A DNA stretch of 36,646 nucleotides from Chiloscyllium plagiosum (lineage: Eukaryota). The notes below the pieces were generated by a model. That model was not told where the DNA came from, searched no databases, and was given only the letters and a program-made list of their open reading frames with translations. The position numbers and the translations under genes are program-made. This document shows, piece by piece, positions 22,102 to 33,653 of the stretch. The stretch spans positions 102,417,002 to 102,453,647 of the forward strand of contig NC_057717.1 in NCBI RefSeq assembly GCF_004010195.1, in the 5' to 3' direction. How positions within the stretch are numbered: the stretch's first letter is position 1; each line of letters starts with the position of its first letter.

Positions 22102-22852
22102 CATTGTAAAGATATGCATCTGCAGCCTATCCTGCCCAGTTTAATGCACTGGTAGGAAACCAGTGTTTATTGTTCCAAGCAGATTGAAACAGGAAAGCTA
22201 TTGTTTTCCCTCAAACTGCCTGAGGCATGAGTCACATATGCAATAAGTGTTTATTCTGGGAGATAAAGGACAAGGAAGTTTGACTTGTTTTAATCGCAGA
22301 GCAAGCACACAATCAGCACTTCATAAAGTGTATCAAAAACAGAATGTGTTACAATTTTATCTGATCAGGGCTCCATCTTCATCTATGCCTGTACTAGTAA
22401 AGAATTATTGCAAACATGAATCATAGTGTGACAAGGAAGGGGGTGTGGGAGATTTTTCAGTGCTGACCGTAATTTTATAGCAAGTCTGAAAAGTAAACTG
22501 AACATGAGGAAGATAGCAATTAAAATGGAACTGGGGACACAGTCATGTGGATAGATTGGGTTTATTTCCCCTACAGCTGAGGGGGACATGAGATTTGACA
22601 GAGGTGTTTAAAAATCATTGAAGGATCTCAATAAGGAAACTGGCTGAAGTGCTGAAAATGAGAGTGAGAGGACACAGATGCAAGGTGACTTTGACCAATG
22701 AAGCAGAGATGACTCAATAAACATCTATTTGACGTGCTGAGTAGTCAGGATTTGTAAATCACTGTCAGACAGGGTAGAAGATGTAGATTCATTAGGAGCT
22801 CTCAGAGGAGACTGCAATTAAGGTGAAAGATTTGCAGGGTTGAGTTAGACGG

Positions 22853-23152
22853 TAGATTAGATTAGATTATCTACAGTGTGGAAACAGGCCCTTCAGCCCA
22901 ACAAATCCACACACCAACCCTCCAAAGAGCAACCCACCCAGACCTATTCCCCTACATTTACCCCTGACTAATGCTCCTAATACTATTGCCAATCCATCCT
23001 AACCTGCACATCTTTAGACTGTGGGAGGAAACCAGAGCAAACCCACACAGACACGGGGAGACTGTGCAAACTCCACGCAGACAGTTGCCCGAGGCAGTTG
23101 AACCCAGGTCCCTGGTGCTGTGAGGCAGCAGTGCTAACCACTGAGCCACCAT
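22853..23152 (-). mobile_element. HE1-type SINE
   Basis: Colinear with 9589-9898; (TCTAA)n tail. Lies next to an old CR1 remnant (~22590-22850) and a CR1 3' end (~23170-23290). Confidence 0.9.
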
Positions 23153-23691
23153 AGGTAAGAGAGTTGGCGAGTCAAAAAGTGGTATCGCATGGAAACAGAC
23201 CCTTCAGTCCAAATCAGCTATGCTGACCAGATATCCTCAATTAATTTAGTCCTCTTTGTCAGTATTTAGCCTATACCCCTCTAAACCCTTCAGCCTTGAG
23301 GTAGTACATTGTAAACTCGTACCTTCTTAATGTGTGAAATTTTCAGCATCAGCTGTTTTGCTTGTACTGTATTCTCTATAAGATATATTCAATATTCCTT
23401 CCAATAACAGTGCATGCCTAGTTACATTTTAATGCTTGGGAAAATAGAACACCACAACACAGGCCCTTTGGCCCTCGCTGTTGCACCAGCTTTTTCTCCT
23501 ACTCTAAAATCAGACTAAACTACATACCCTTCATTCTACTATAAATAATACTCCAACTGTTATACAGGAACCATCATTCAAAACTTATCAGACAAAATTG
23601 AAAGCATCACTAATGTTGCCTCCAAAATCTGTCATGGGGAGAAATGCTGCTGAATATTACAGAGAGTCCCTTGTTGGCCTAGCAGTTAAGA

Positions 23692-24340
23692 TGGTGCTGG
23701 TGCAGTGGTGTTGTCCCTGGACTTGTAATGTAGAAAGCTAGGTTGATGATCTAGGGCTGTAGGTTTGAATCTTACTGTAGCTGGTGGCGAAATTTGAAGG
23801 TGTTTCATTAGTTTTCTTATAGGGAAGGAAATCTGCCATCCTTATCTGGTCTGACAGACAGGTGACTCCAGAGAGTTGCGAATACAGTCCAGTGCATCAC
23901 ATAAGCCAGCCTTTCATCCACTGATTCAGTCTATAGTACCCACTGCCTCAAAGGCAGCTCACATCAAAGTCCCCTCCCACTCTTCCATCAGATCAAATAC
24001 GCAGAAGCTTAAACATGCGTGCCAAAAGATTCAACAACTTCTTCCCCGCTGTTATTAGACTTGAAATGAGAAGTCTAATATCGATCTTGTTTTTTGTGCA
24101 TCTTTCTGCAGTTGTAACATTATATTCCTTGCTGTGTTTTATTACTCTCATGCACTTTGTATGGTATGATCGGCCTGTACTCTCCACAAAACAAAACTTT
24201 TCACTGTAACTAGGTACATGAGACAATAATAAATTAATTTAAAATAAAAGATCCATAGCAAAGTTTTTTTTAAGGTTTGAACTATCCTCAGGACAATTAG
24301 GAATGAGCAGCAATGCCCAGATCCTGTGAAGGAATAAAAA
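23692..24340 (+). mobile_element. tRNA-headed SINE split by a Rex1 3' fragment (~23890-24240)
   Basis: SINE core AGGGAAGGAAATCTGCCATCCTTATCTGGTCT at ~23821 and tail GACAATTAGGAATG..GAATAAA at ~24292. Rex-like RFNNFFPAVIRL and TTTCACTGT..GTACATG.GACAATAA lie between. Confidence 0.7.
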
Positions 24341-26040
24341 GAAAAAAAGAACCTTGTTTTTTTGGCTTCTATCATCCAGTTTATAATACCTTTGAAAGGT
24401 CACAGGGGAAAAAGGATCCCAAAAAAAAAAGGAATAATCACTGACTTGAGAGCTCCAGAGTGCTTATCTAGCCATAGGTTCAGCCAGTTCATGAAGTCAA
24501 TGAATAACGTGCAGATGGAACTGAAGTTCATCAAAATGACTGAAATAAGTCTCTGAAGTTTGGTTGATACCTTTCCAGAAGTGTCCATTTCATTGGAATG
24601 GAAGTCACTGACAAGTTATTCAACCTGGGAAGCAAACAATGAAGCCAGGCACTAGAATGTACAAAGGAACATTATTTCAACCAACAACTTTTGGGTAAGG
24701 AGAGAGTGAGGGGTAGAAGGAAATGGATTTAATACCAGAACTGGAAGTCTTTCTCATTTCTCTCTGGCTTTCCATGAACGGCATCTGGTAGTTAAGTAAA
24801 TCAGAGAAATAAATAATTGCTGCAAAATCAAGAATATCCATAAATATTGTTACTGCTGACGGTACAAGGTTTCAGTTAAGTAATCATAGTCTTAGCTTAA
24901 AACCAAAGACCTCAAGGATTTAAAAGATGGTTTTCAAAATCTGCCTATTCATTACCTTCCTTTCTGTGCTAGACCCTTTTTTAAAGTTTTTAACCTATGT
25001 TTGCATATGTTAACCATATTATTTTCTTGAGGTTTACTAAGTAATAAAATTCCTCTTTCTTTCACTCAGATAAGAGTTCCTCAATTTTGGTTAGTGGGAT
25101 GTTTTAATCAAAGAATGATGTAGCTGTATACTATAAAGAATGTTATGCCTGACCAAGAGGGTGAAAAAGCAAGGACCCAATTCATCCTCCCTCACCATGT
25201 CGTAACACCCTTTACCAATGATAATGGATTTAAAATGATTTCTCTTTGAGATGAACAAACTTAATCATGCTCTCAGAAAATTGCATGCCTCTCATTAATA
25301 CCCCAGGGAGACAAATGACATTGAGTTTTGTAAAGTGTACAGTTACCTTGTTGTTTCCCCTGTATATAGGTAATGTGCCTGAGCATTTTAGTGAAATCTG
25401 TACACGTGGATGAATGAATAGTGGAAGGTTTCTGTGAGCGATGTTACCACTGAACCAGATAAATCACAATAAAAGGGGAAAGCTGACAGCTGAAGTTGGG
25501 CAGATCTGCAACACTACCCAAGCTTCAGGCAAGCTGATGACAGACAAGAGTCATGCCTCTGGCCATCATTAGAGAATCAAAAGACAGTTTCAGCTATGTA
25601 TCAACAATCACTCCCTCAAACTGGTTGAAGAAAACATTCACGCATTTAGTTATCCTTTCATGTTTCGGACTCAGGACAGAGAATAAAAGCCTTTCAGCCC
25701 AAGACTGTCTGCCCTGAGCTCTCTGCTCCAACCCATATTCATGGAATCTTAGAGCGGAGGGAGGCTATTTGGCCCATTTTCTAGGCCAACCCCTTGAAAC
25801 GACTGCATAGAGGCTGGGTCCCATCATCAAGTCACCTTTTATTTGCTAGCACACAGAACATCAGCTGTGGCCAGGCAGTTTGGGGTCAAACCTCAACTGA
25901 GGTGGCTCCAATCTCCTGCTTATATATTTTTCTGAACTAAGGAAGTTCTAAATCTCCTTCTTATATTTATTCTTTAACTAAGATTCTAAGTCCCCTGGTT
26001 ATACTTGTTCCTTTAACAGAGGTCATTCTAATCTCCTGTT

Positions 26041-26760
26041 GTTATTTTTCTTTGTTATATATATTTATTTTATTAAACAGTACAGCCTACAAACAGTTAA
26101 CATAAATAGCTGTATACAGCATAACAGCAATTTCCGAGTGAGAGGGGCAGGAAAGCCATACCCCAAACCCACCGTTCAACCATTTGAGAAATGAGGACAA
26201 GCCTCAAATCTCACTTTAGTCATCACAAAAGTAACAGAGAACAAATACATACAAACAAGATAGTCCAATCAGATAAGAAATAGCGTATAGAATACAGGCA
26301 CCACCCAGAAATCCACCCATCTCTCCCACCTTCTAAGGTAGCCCACCCCGTACACCCCTTCCAGTTCTCAGTCTGCCCTGACCCACCTTCCGGTCACCCC
26401 TATGAGAGCCTGTCCTGTTTGACACACAGGACAGTGCAGGTGATAAATCCAACAACCAACAAAACAGAGTCAATTATTGACAAACAGAATCCCTTCTGGT
26501 ACACAGTCCATTACCATAAACGGTTCTCTTCAAAACGTAGAGTCCATTCCCAGGAACAGAGTCCACTCCAGTATACAAAGTGCATGGTTGGAAATAAAAT
26601 CCACCACAGTATGCAGAGCCCATTGCCAAAAACAGAGTACAAAACAGTTAATAAACTTTCTTTCTCTCTTTCTCTTCCCCCCCCAAAAAAGCAGCAGTAA
26701 AACACTGACTGTGGCCCACTCAGCCCAGAAGTCACTCCTTAAACCTGAGGGGTTCCTAAC
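26041..26760 (-). mobile_element. Non-coding poly(A)-tailed retroposed element (family shared with 31822-33539)
   Basis: T-rich tail with reverse AATAAA; colinear blocks shared with the second copy (TTCAACCATTT..ATGAGGACAA.CCTCAAATC; CCTTCCAGTTCTCAGTCTGCCCTGAC; TTCTGGTACACAGTCCA). Flanked by TCTCCTGTT at 26032-26040 and 26761-26769. Confidence 0.65.
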
Positions 26761-26880
26761 TCTCCTGTTTAATATTGATCATGCAAGGCTTTCCTGATTG
26801 ACTATGGGGTTGTTAACCTGGACCAATGAGTTAAAAATCACACAACACCAGGTTATAGTCCAACAGGTTTAATTGGAAGC

Positions 26881-26916
26881 ACACTAGCTTTCGGAGCGAC
26901 GCTCCTTCATCAGGTG
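26881..26916 (-). ncRNA. Minimal type I hammerhead ribozyme motif (antisense arm)
   Basis: Reverse complement reads CAC-CTGATGA-A-GGAGC-GTC-GCTCC-GAAA-GCT-A-GTG. Confidence 0.7.
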
Positions 26917-27213
26917 ATTGTGGAGGGCACGATCGTAACACAAAATTTATAGCAAAACTTTACAGTGTGATGTAACTGAAATTATACATTGAAGAATTGA
27001 TTGTCTGTTAAGCCTTTCATCTGTTAGAATACAGTGATAGTTTCACTTCTTTCATGTGTAAATCACAAAACCCACATGAAAGAAGTGAAACTATCACTGT
27101 ATTCTAACAGATGAAAGGCTTAACAGACAATCAATTCTTCAATGTATAATTTCAGTTACATCACACTGCAAATTTTTGCTATAAATTCTGTGTTACGATC
27201 GAGCCCTCCACAA

Positions 27214-27250
27214 ACACCTGATGAAGGAGCGTCGCTCCGAAAGCTAGTGT
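27214..27250 (+). ncRNA. Minimal type I hammerhead ribozyme motif
   Basis: Stem I ACAC(27214-17)/GTGT(27247-50); core CTGATGA (27218-24) plus an extra A; stem II GGAGC/GCTCC; GAAA (27239-42); palindromic AGCT helix III; predicted CUA cleavage triplet ending at 27246. Confidence 0.72.
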
Positions 27251-27800
27251 GCTTCCAATTAAACCTGTTGGACTATAACCTGGTGTTGTGTGATTTTTAA
27301 CTTTGTACACCCCAGTCCAACACCGGCATCTCTGAATCATAGTCAATGAGATTAGTCTAGTTCCAATCACTATAACCCTCCTGTTTCTCTCCTTCTGATC
27401 TGGGGAATCTCTCCTGCCCAGTTATTTATCGTCTGCATGAGTTCACCAAGGCACATCACCACCGCCTTCTCTGGGTAACTAGGGGTCGGCGATAAATGCT
27501 GGCCCATGACAGAATGAGATCCAATTCCTAGTGAATGCTACTAATTGCATCTGCATCCACCAGGCAGTGCATTCCTGATTATCATAACACGTACTGCATT
27601 CAAAAAATAAACCTCCTGGTTCCTTTCCAAAGTATCATAAATCCATACTTGATTATAATATGTCAGTTGGTTGCACTCTCATATATGAATCATGAGGCTG
27701 ATGATTCAAAATGCTGGCTTCTTCCCCTTAGGATTAGAACTATAACTTAGGGGCATTACTCTAATGTGATGCAAGTGAAACATCTCAATATCCGAGTAAT

Positions 27801-27863
27801 GTCACCGCTTTGACATCATACTCGGTACTGGGTACCAGATACTTTAAGTGTTTGTTACAGAAC
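27801..27863 (+). repeat. 63-bp dispersed direct duplicate of 29098-29160
   Basis: 61 of 63 positions identical by direct comparison. Confidence 0.9.
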
Positions 27864-28118
27864 TCCTGCCCTTTTGAAAACATTTCCACTCTGTGTGGGG
27901 CTGAAAGCATGGGCTAGCAATTTCACTCACTGGTAAATTTGAAAAGGGATTCAGGAAGTACCTCTGTTCCCTGAGAATGGTGAGACTTTGGAACTTGTTA
28001 GCACAAGGTGCCAGTGAGGTGATTAGTGGAGAGGTATTGGAGGGAAAGCTGGATAAATGGGCACTAGAGAAAGGGAGTAAATAATGTTCTAGTGGCATTA
28101 GGTGAAGAGGAAGTGTCA

Positions 28119-28870
28119 CATTTATATAAATCATTTTACAATCTCATCGATCCCAAAGCAGTTTACAGCTAATGAAGTCATTTTAAGTGCAGTTGCTATT
28201 GTCATACACAAACCATGAAAGAGCCAATACATGCTCAGCAAGCTGATACTAACCAGATTGTTTGTTTTAATAACAGAAACAGAATCTGCTGGATAAACTC
28301 AGCAGGTCTGGCACTTGGGGATGGCACAGTGGCTCAGTGGTTAGCACTGCTGCCTCACAGCACCAGGGACCCGGGTTTGATTCCAGCCTCGGGTGACTGT
28401 CTGTGTGGAGTTTGCACATGCTCCCCGTGTCTGCGTAGGTTGCCTCTGAGTGCTCTGGTTTCCTCCCACAGTCTAAAGATGTACAGGTTAGGGTGAATTG
28501 ACCAAGCTAAATTATCCATAGTGTTAGGTGCATTAATCAGAGTAAAATAGGTCCGGGTGGGTTACTCTTTAGAGAGTCGGTATGGACTTGTTGGGCTGAA
28601 GGGCCTGTTTCCACACTGTAGAGAATCTATCAAGAGAAAAAAGCAGACTTAATGTTTCAAGTCCAGTTACCCTTCATCAGATAAGGCTGTCACATAAAAG
28701 TTAAGATGATATCCCCAGTTTCTCTTTGATTTCTGCTATAAAGTCTTCAATGTTCATTTGAGAAACCAAATCAGACGTGTTTAAAGATTTACCCTTATGC
28801 TCTGACAAGGTAGCACTCTTTCAGAACTGCTCTGGGATCACAGCCTTGATGCCGAGCTCCTGACTGCAAG
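28119..28870 (-). mobile_element. Old Deu-type SINE remnant containing a Penelope-like fragment (family C, ~28272-28312 and ~28632-28681) that itself contains an HE1 SINE
   Basis: SINE-like tail CATTTATATA..CCCAAAGC..TTTACAGC.AATGAAGT; AACAGAA..TGCTGGA.AAACTCAGCAGGTCTGGCA resumes as AGAGAAA..GCAGA.TTAATGTTTC..CCCTTCATCAGA after the HE1. Confidence 0.55.
28317..28630 (+). mobile_element. HE1-type SINE, full length
   Basis: GGCACAGTGGCTCAGTGGTTAGCACTGCTGCCTCACAG..GGTTTGATTCC..GAAGGGCCTGTTTCCACACTGTAG. Confidence 0.9.
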
Positions 28871-29035
28871 ATAACTGCACTACCAGTTGAACCATGGCTC
28901 GCTCACCCTAGAGGGGGAGTGGTGCCTGTGGTTACTAAGGAGCAAATATCTGTCTTTCTCTCTCTCTGGACAGAACATATGCTGCCAAGAGAAACACAGT
29001 GTATCAATGAATATAGATTTCTCAGCAGCTTCTGA

Positions 29036-29400
29036 ATAGATTAGAATAGCCTTTATTGTCACGTGCACCCGAGCGAGTGCATTGAAAAGTTTGTAAAGTC
29101 ACCGCTTTGACATCATACTCAGTACTGGGTACCAGATATTTTAAGTGTTTGTTACAGAACAGACTGATTTAAAAAAAAGTTGAGCATAGGACTACAAAGT
29201 TTTAAAAAGTACTTGACTCACTCAAAGTCCACAATACGAATAGAAGTATCTTGAAAAAGTTTTTAAATTATATTTGTTTTCACTGAGTCCGTGCCCATCA
29301 GGCTTTAGAACAGTCGGGCTCGCTAGCCCCACACTCTGGCTTCTGGGTGGAAAATCACCCACACCACCCTCACGTGCGACCATCGCCATCAGAGTTTCCT
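29036..29400 (-). mobile_element. Retroposed element with a Rex1-like 3' tail
   Basis: TTTATTGTCACGTG..TGAAAAGTTT matches the tail of the Rex1 copies (983-1020, 31141-31180). The body is non-coding and its 5' boundary uncertain. Confidence 0.5.
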
Positions 29401-29861
29401 TTCCTCCTGGCACCAACATGATCCTTCATGTCCACCTTTGCGAGAAGAAAGATCTAGCCTGTGGCCATTTCTATTCAGGAATGCATTCTCAGTAATGTCC
29501 TGAAGGCATGAATCCAGGCTAGAAATTCCCTCAGGGTTGGACAATGGCTTCACCAGAGGGATAATATCGTTCCGGGAAGCTGTAAGAGAGGGTGGTGTGG
29601 GTAGTCCCCCTTGGAGTCTGAACATGTTGGCTGCCTTGGAAACATTTGGCGTTGGCTTGGAGCCAAAGTTCTGATAAAGGCAAAACATCTATCGATTCCA
29701 TTAAAATTAATTCTCCAACACCCGATTGTCCAACTCCTGCCACCTCACTGGACATTACTAAACAAGGAGTAGTAAACTCCATTTAGTCCCATTTCCACAC
29801 TCTGTTAGTTTATTTCCTTCACGTGCCCATCTAATTCACATTTTGAATCATTCACTTCCTC

Positions 29862-29975
29862 TTGTGGTGCAGTGATAATGCTCCTATCTCTGAGCCAGGA
29901 GGTCCATGTTCAAGTTCCACCTGATGCAGATGTGTGTAATAACATCTCTGAACAGGTTGATTAAATAAATAAATC
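29862..29975 (+). mobile_element. Short tRNA-like SINE
   Basis: TGGTGCAGTG (A-box-like), GTTCAAGTTCC (B-box-like), (TAAA)n tail. Confidence 0.5.
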
Positions 29976-31129
29976 ATCTCTGCTTCTGTCATCCTCAGAC
30001 ACTGAGTGCCAGGACATTACCACATATTGTGAAAGGCTTCTAAACGATGCCTCCATACCCCTTTCCCTAAGCCTTAAATCTATGTCCTCCAGCCTGGTTG
30101 CACTGTCTAAGGTGTTATCTCTCAGAGCTGTTCAGTGTTAATCATGTCCACAGTGAAATACAGAGTTAGCTTGGTATACCGTCCAACTTCCCTCATCCCA
30201 AAAGAAAAAACTTCCATTTATAAAGCACATTGTACAAATTCAGATCATCTGCTCGCTATCACATTAATGTCTTTGCTGAAAAATAGAGATATCTTGGTGA
30301 AGTTGATGCTTTGTACTCGTCAGAACAAATGCAAGAGCACCAACGCTCGAACCAAATTATTCTGGAGGAGAACAGGGTGCTGATTGGTTGGAAAGTTGAC
30401 TCTGATTGGCCCTGCAGAAAACAATTGGGAATTAATAGCCTCCCAAGCTCCTGAGTGATTGGACAGCTGGTTTGTAATGCATGCGTTTGATTCCCATCAA
30501 CAGCTGAGGTTACTGAGCCTCAACCTCTCAGGTGCAGTGACCCTCAGGTTAAACCACCACCAGTCAGCGCTCTCTCTAATGGGAGAGCAGCCCTATGGGA
30601 CAATGACAACTTTACCTTTAGTCAACCTGAGAGGTTTTCATACAATAAATGCCTTTCCCAGTCAGATCAATTCAACTGAGCTTGACAACTGGCTAAAGTA
30701 AATTGGGACAATCCATCTTTTAGATTACTAACCTCACTAACATCGCAGTGACCATAGTTCAAGACCTTTTTACTTCACGAAATAAAGACATTTATTGTAT
30801 TTATCTATGAAAACTGTAATTCAGCTGCACTTAGTAAACTATTATGCTTCAAACTTCATGACCTTGAACTACCTGAAGGTAGGATAAGAATTCCCATTCG
30901 AACAAAAGGATAAGGATAACAAATATGTCAACAAGTACCTTCTTGCTGTTCCTTCTCATGTTATTGATGGCCCCACAGGCTGTAGGCCTCAGGCTGCACG
31001 TGTAACTTAAAAGCTCCATGGATTGGCTAAGTGATAATCTCTCTCAATCCACCTTCAAGTGGATACACTCCAAGCTGCTTTCAACATGGAGCTGATCCTA
31101 TGGTTAACCCTTCATGAACCAGTCTCCGA

Positions 31130-31756
31130 CTTGATTTGACTTATTGTAGTCCCATGTACCTAAGTACAGTGAAAAACTTTGTTTGTTTTGTGAACAGTAC
31201 AGGCAGAACATAGCAAACAACAATATAGGGAGCTTAGACAGAGCAAGGCATACAAGGTTACACTGCACAGGACATGTACAAAGCAAGATTAGCATTATTT
31301 GAGGTCGAAGAGTCCATTCAGTAGACTACCAACAGTGGGGAAGAAGCTGTTTTGAACCTGTTGGTGAATGTCTTCAAACTTCGATTTCTTCTGAGGAGCA
31401 GGAGAATCGACGTTTAGGGCATTAGCATTCCTGCTGTGCCTTTTCAACACCACATTCCAGATTTTGATCTCCAACGTCTACAGTCTTCACTTTCTCCTTC
31501 TGTATCTTCTGCCTGATGGAAGAGGTTGGAAGAGAGCATTACTGGGTTGGGAAGGGTCTTTGGCAATATTGGCAGGCCTTCCCCCATGTAAGCAGAGTCC
31601 GTGGATGGGAGGTTGGTTCTGTGATGGTATGGGCTGTGCACACCACCTTCTGTAGTTTCTTACAGTCCTAGGCAGAGCAGTTACTGTACCAGGCCGCGAT
31701 GTACACAGACCATATGCTCCCAGTGGTGCATCTGTAAAAGTTGGTGAAGGTCCTTT
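31130..31756 (-). mobile_element. Rex1/Babar 3' fragment with a Penelope-like family A insert (~31393-31496)
   Basis: Colinear with 968-1460 (GAGTCCATTCAG..ACAGT.GGG.AGAA.CTGTT; GATGG.AGAGGTTG; GATGGGAGGTTGG). The insert carries GAGGAGCAGGAGAATCGACGTTT. Confidence 0.8.
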
Positions 31757-31821
31757 GTGAGGTACTGTGAGGCAGCAGTACTAACCCCTGAGCCACTGTA
31801 CTGCCCCATATTCCGGTTTAT

Positions 31822-33539
31822 TTACTTTTATTTTATTACAAAATTACAAAAAACAGTTTACAAAAAGGAAAACTTAACATTTACAGTTGTATACAACAGC
31901 AATTTTACAATGGAGAGGAACAGCAAAGCCAGGACCCAAACCCTACCATTCAACCATTTTACAGGGAGATGAGGACAAACCTCAAATCCCAGTTCCACAT
32001 ATGACAAGACAGTGACAATGACATTTGTACATGAGACAATACTGTTACATACAAAAGTGCAGACAATATAGACTCAGCAAGCTCCTGTCCCTCCCACCTT
32101 CCAACCACTAAGGCAGCCCGAACCTACCCACCTTCCGGCTCTCAGTCCACCCCATGCCCCTTCCAGTTCTCAGTCTGCCCTGACACCTTTCGACCACCTC
32201 TAGGACAGCCCGCCCCGCTACCCATCCGGGGTGACAGCGCTGAGGACGGCTACCTGCCTTCTGGCTCTCAGTCTGCCCCTAATTACCATAGGGCTCTCAC
32301 CCTCCCCGATGTCCCGTCCGGCCAGTGGGCTATCCTGGCACATCTTCCGGCCACCTCTAGGACAGTCTGTCCCCTTCCCTGGGATTACAGTGTGCAGGTC
32401 AGCCCACAAGCCTTCCGGATCTCAGCCTGCCCCTACACGCCTTCTGGCTCTCGGCTGCTCTGACACACCTTTCAACCATCTCTAGGACAGCGCGTCCTGA
32501 TTACCCCTTCTCAGGACGACAGCACTCAGAACAGCCAACCCACCTTCTGGCTCTCGGGACAACTGGCATCTGGGTGGCCTACCCACCCTCTGGCTCTCAG
32601 GGTGGCAGCTTTCAGGACAACCCATGAGCCTCCCAGCTCACAGTAAGGCCTGCCAGACCCAGGGACACACAAGACAATGCAGGTGATAGACCCAACAAAC
32701 AACACAATACACAGTTAATTACCAAAAGAACAGTCCTTTCTGGTACACAGTCCAAATATAGAGTCTTCAAAATATAGAGTCTATTCCCAGGAATGGAGTT
32801 CACTCCAGTTTTTAAGGTGTATTGTCCAAAATGGAGTCCATTCCAAACTGCAGAGTCCATTCTTGAAGGCAGCAAATGCACACCCCACAGCACACAGGTT
32901 TTCAGTCTCCATGGAGTCCTGGCCCAGTCTTGGAAAACCAGGCCCATTCACAGGAACACAGTACATTGTACAGGTACAGTTAACTCACAGGGGCTTGTTC
33001 CATGCCTGAAGGCAAGGTCTTCTTCCCAAACTCCAGGATACAGCAACTGCTCACCTCACAGCACACACACAGATGTTCAATCTTCAGAGGCCCAGTCCCA
33101 GGGCTAGGCCTCCCCACAGGAACCTCTGGTAAAATGTATGTCTTCCACAAGGGCTCAGTCCAAACACCAAACACAGTGAAGACACATAAAAAAAACAAAA
33201 GAAAACTAGAGTCCAAGGGCTAAGCCCTACCATAAAATTAACATTGTCCTTTTCTCAGAAAGGAGAAGAGAGAAAAGAGTAACACACAGACTGTAACCAA
33301 CCAGTGAAACAACAATCCCCTAATGAAAACTGAGTTACACCTGAAACACATTATGTGCATCAGGAGTTTAACAATAATCAGTCCTCACTAAAAGGAATGT
33401 CAGTTAACAAACTGGCTAAATAATTCAGGAATCAGGTTTTCCCCTTCCAAAAAAAAGGAGAAACCAAAACTAACAGTAACATGCTAACTGTAGCACCAGC
33501 CAGCATAGAGTCAATCCCCTAAACTGAAGAGACTCTGAA
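31822..33539 (-). mobile_element. Longer copy of the non-coding poly(A)-tailed element, with an internal tandem array
   Basis: Homologous to 26041-26760. Repeats of CCTTC(C/T)GGCTCTCAG and CCA(C/T)CTCTAGGACAG across ~32090-32620. Confidence 0.65.
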
Positions 33540-33653
33540 TCTCCTGTTTATACCTGTCAACCAGGGCTCCCTGATTGGACCTGGTTAACAGCCCCAATCA
33601 TGGAACTCACATTCTATGAGGTCCACCTGGCCAACCCTGTTCCAATCATTACA
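33475..33653 (-). mobile_element. Solo-LTR-like element, copy 2 (5'/U3-R part)
   Basis: Minus strand begins TGTAATGATTGG and contains CCAATCAGGG and TATAAACAGGAG; homologous to copies 1 and 3. Confidence 0.7.

Larger units (their letters stand above)
26829..27343 (+). mobile_element. Penelope-like family B element: 230-bp inverted repeat plus ~40-bp 3' extension
   Basis: Arms 26829-27058 and 27073-27302, 14-bp spacer, 5 mismatches counted by eye; unpaired extension 27303-27343; CAATGAG at 26824-26830 and 27344-27350 is a possible TSD. Confidence 0.85.
25795..27374 (-). mobile_element. Solo-LTR-like element, copy 1, carrying a poly(A)-tailed insert (26041-26760) and a Penelope-like hairpin
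   Basis: Shares AAGTCACC.TTTATTT, CTCCTGTTT, CCTGATTG and TTCCAATCA with 33475-33653 and 34460-35085. Near-TSD CCCCT / ACCCT. Confidence 0.6.

Noticed and set aside
26829..27302. Hairpin as a MITE/DNA transposon or an assembly fold-back artefact
   Set aside because: The one-sided extension, hammerhead motif, arm mismatches and an independent TSD-flanked copy at 21889 fit a Penelope-type insertion better.
32090..32620. CRISPR-like repeat-spacer array
   Set aside because: Repeats are degenerate with irregular spacing, the spacers are mutually related, the context is eukaryotic and there are no cas genes.
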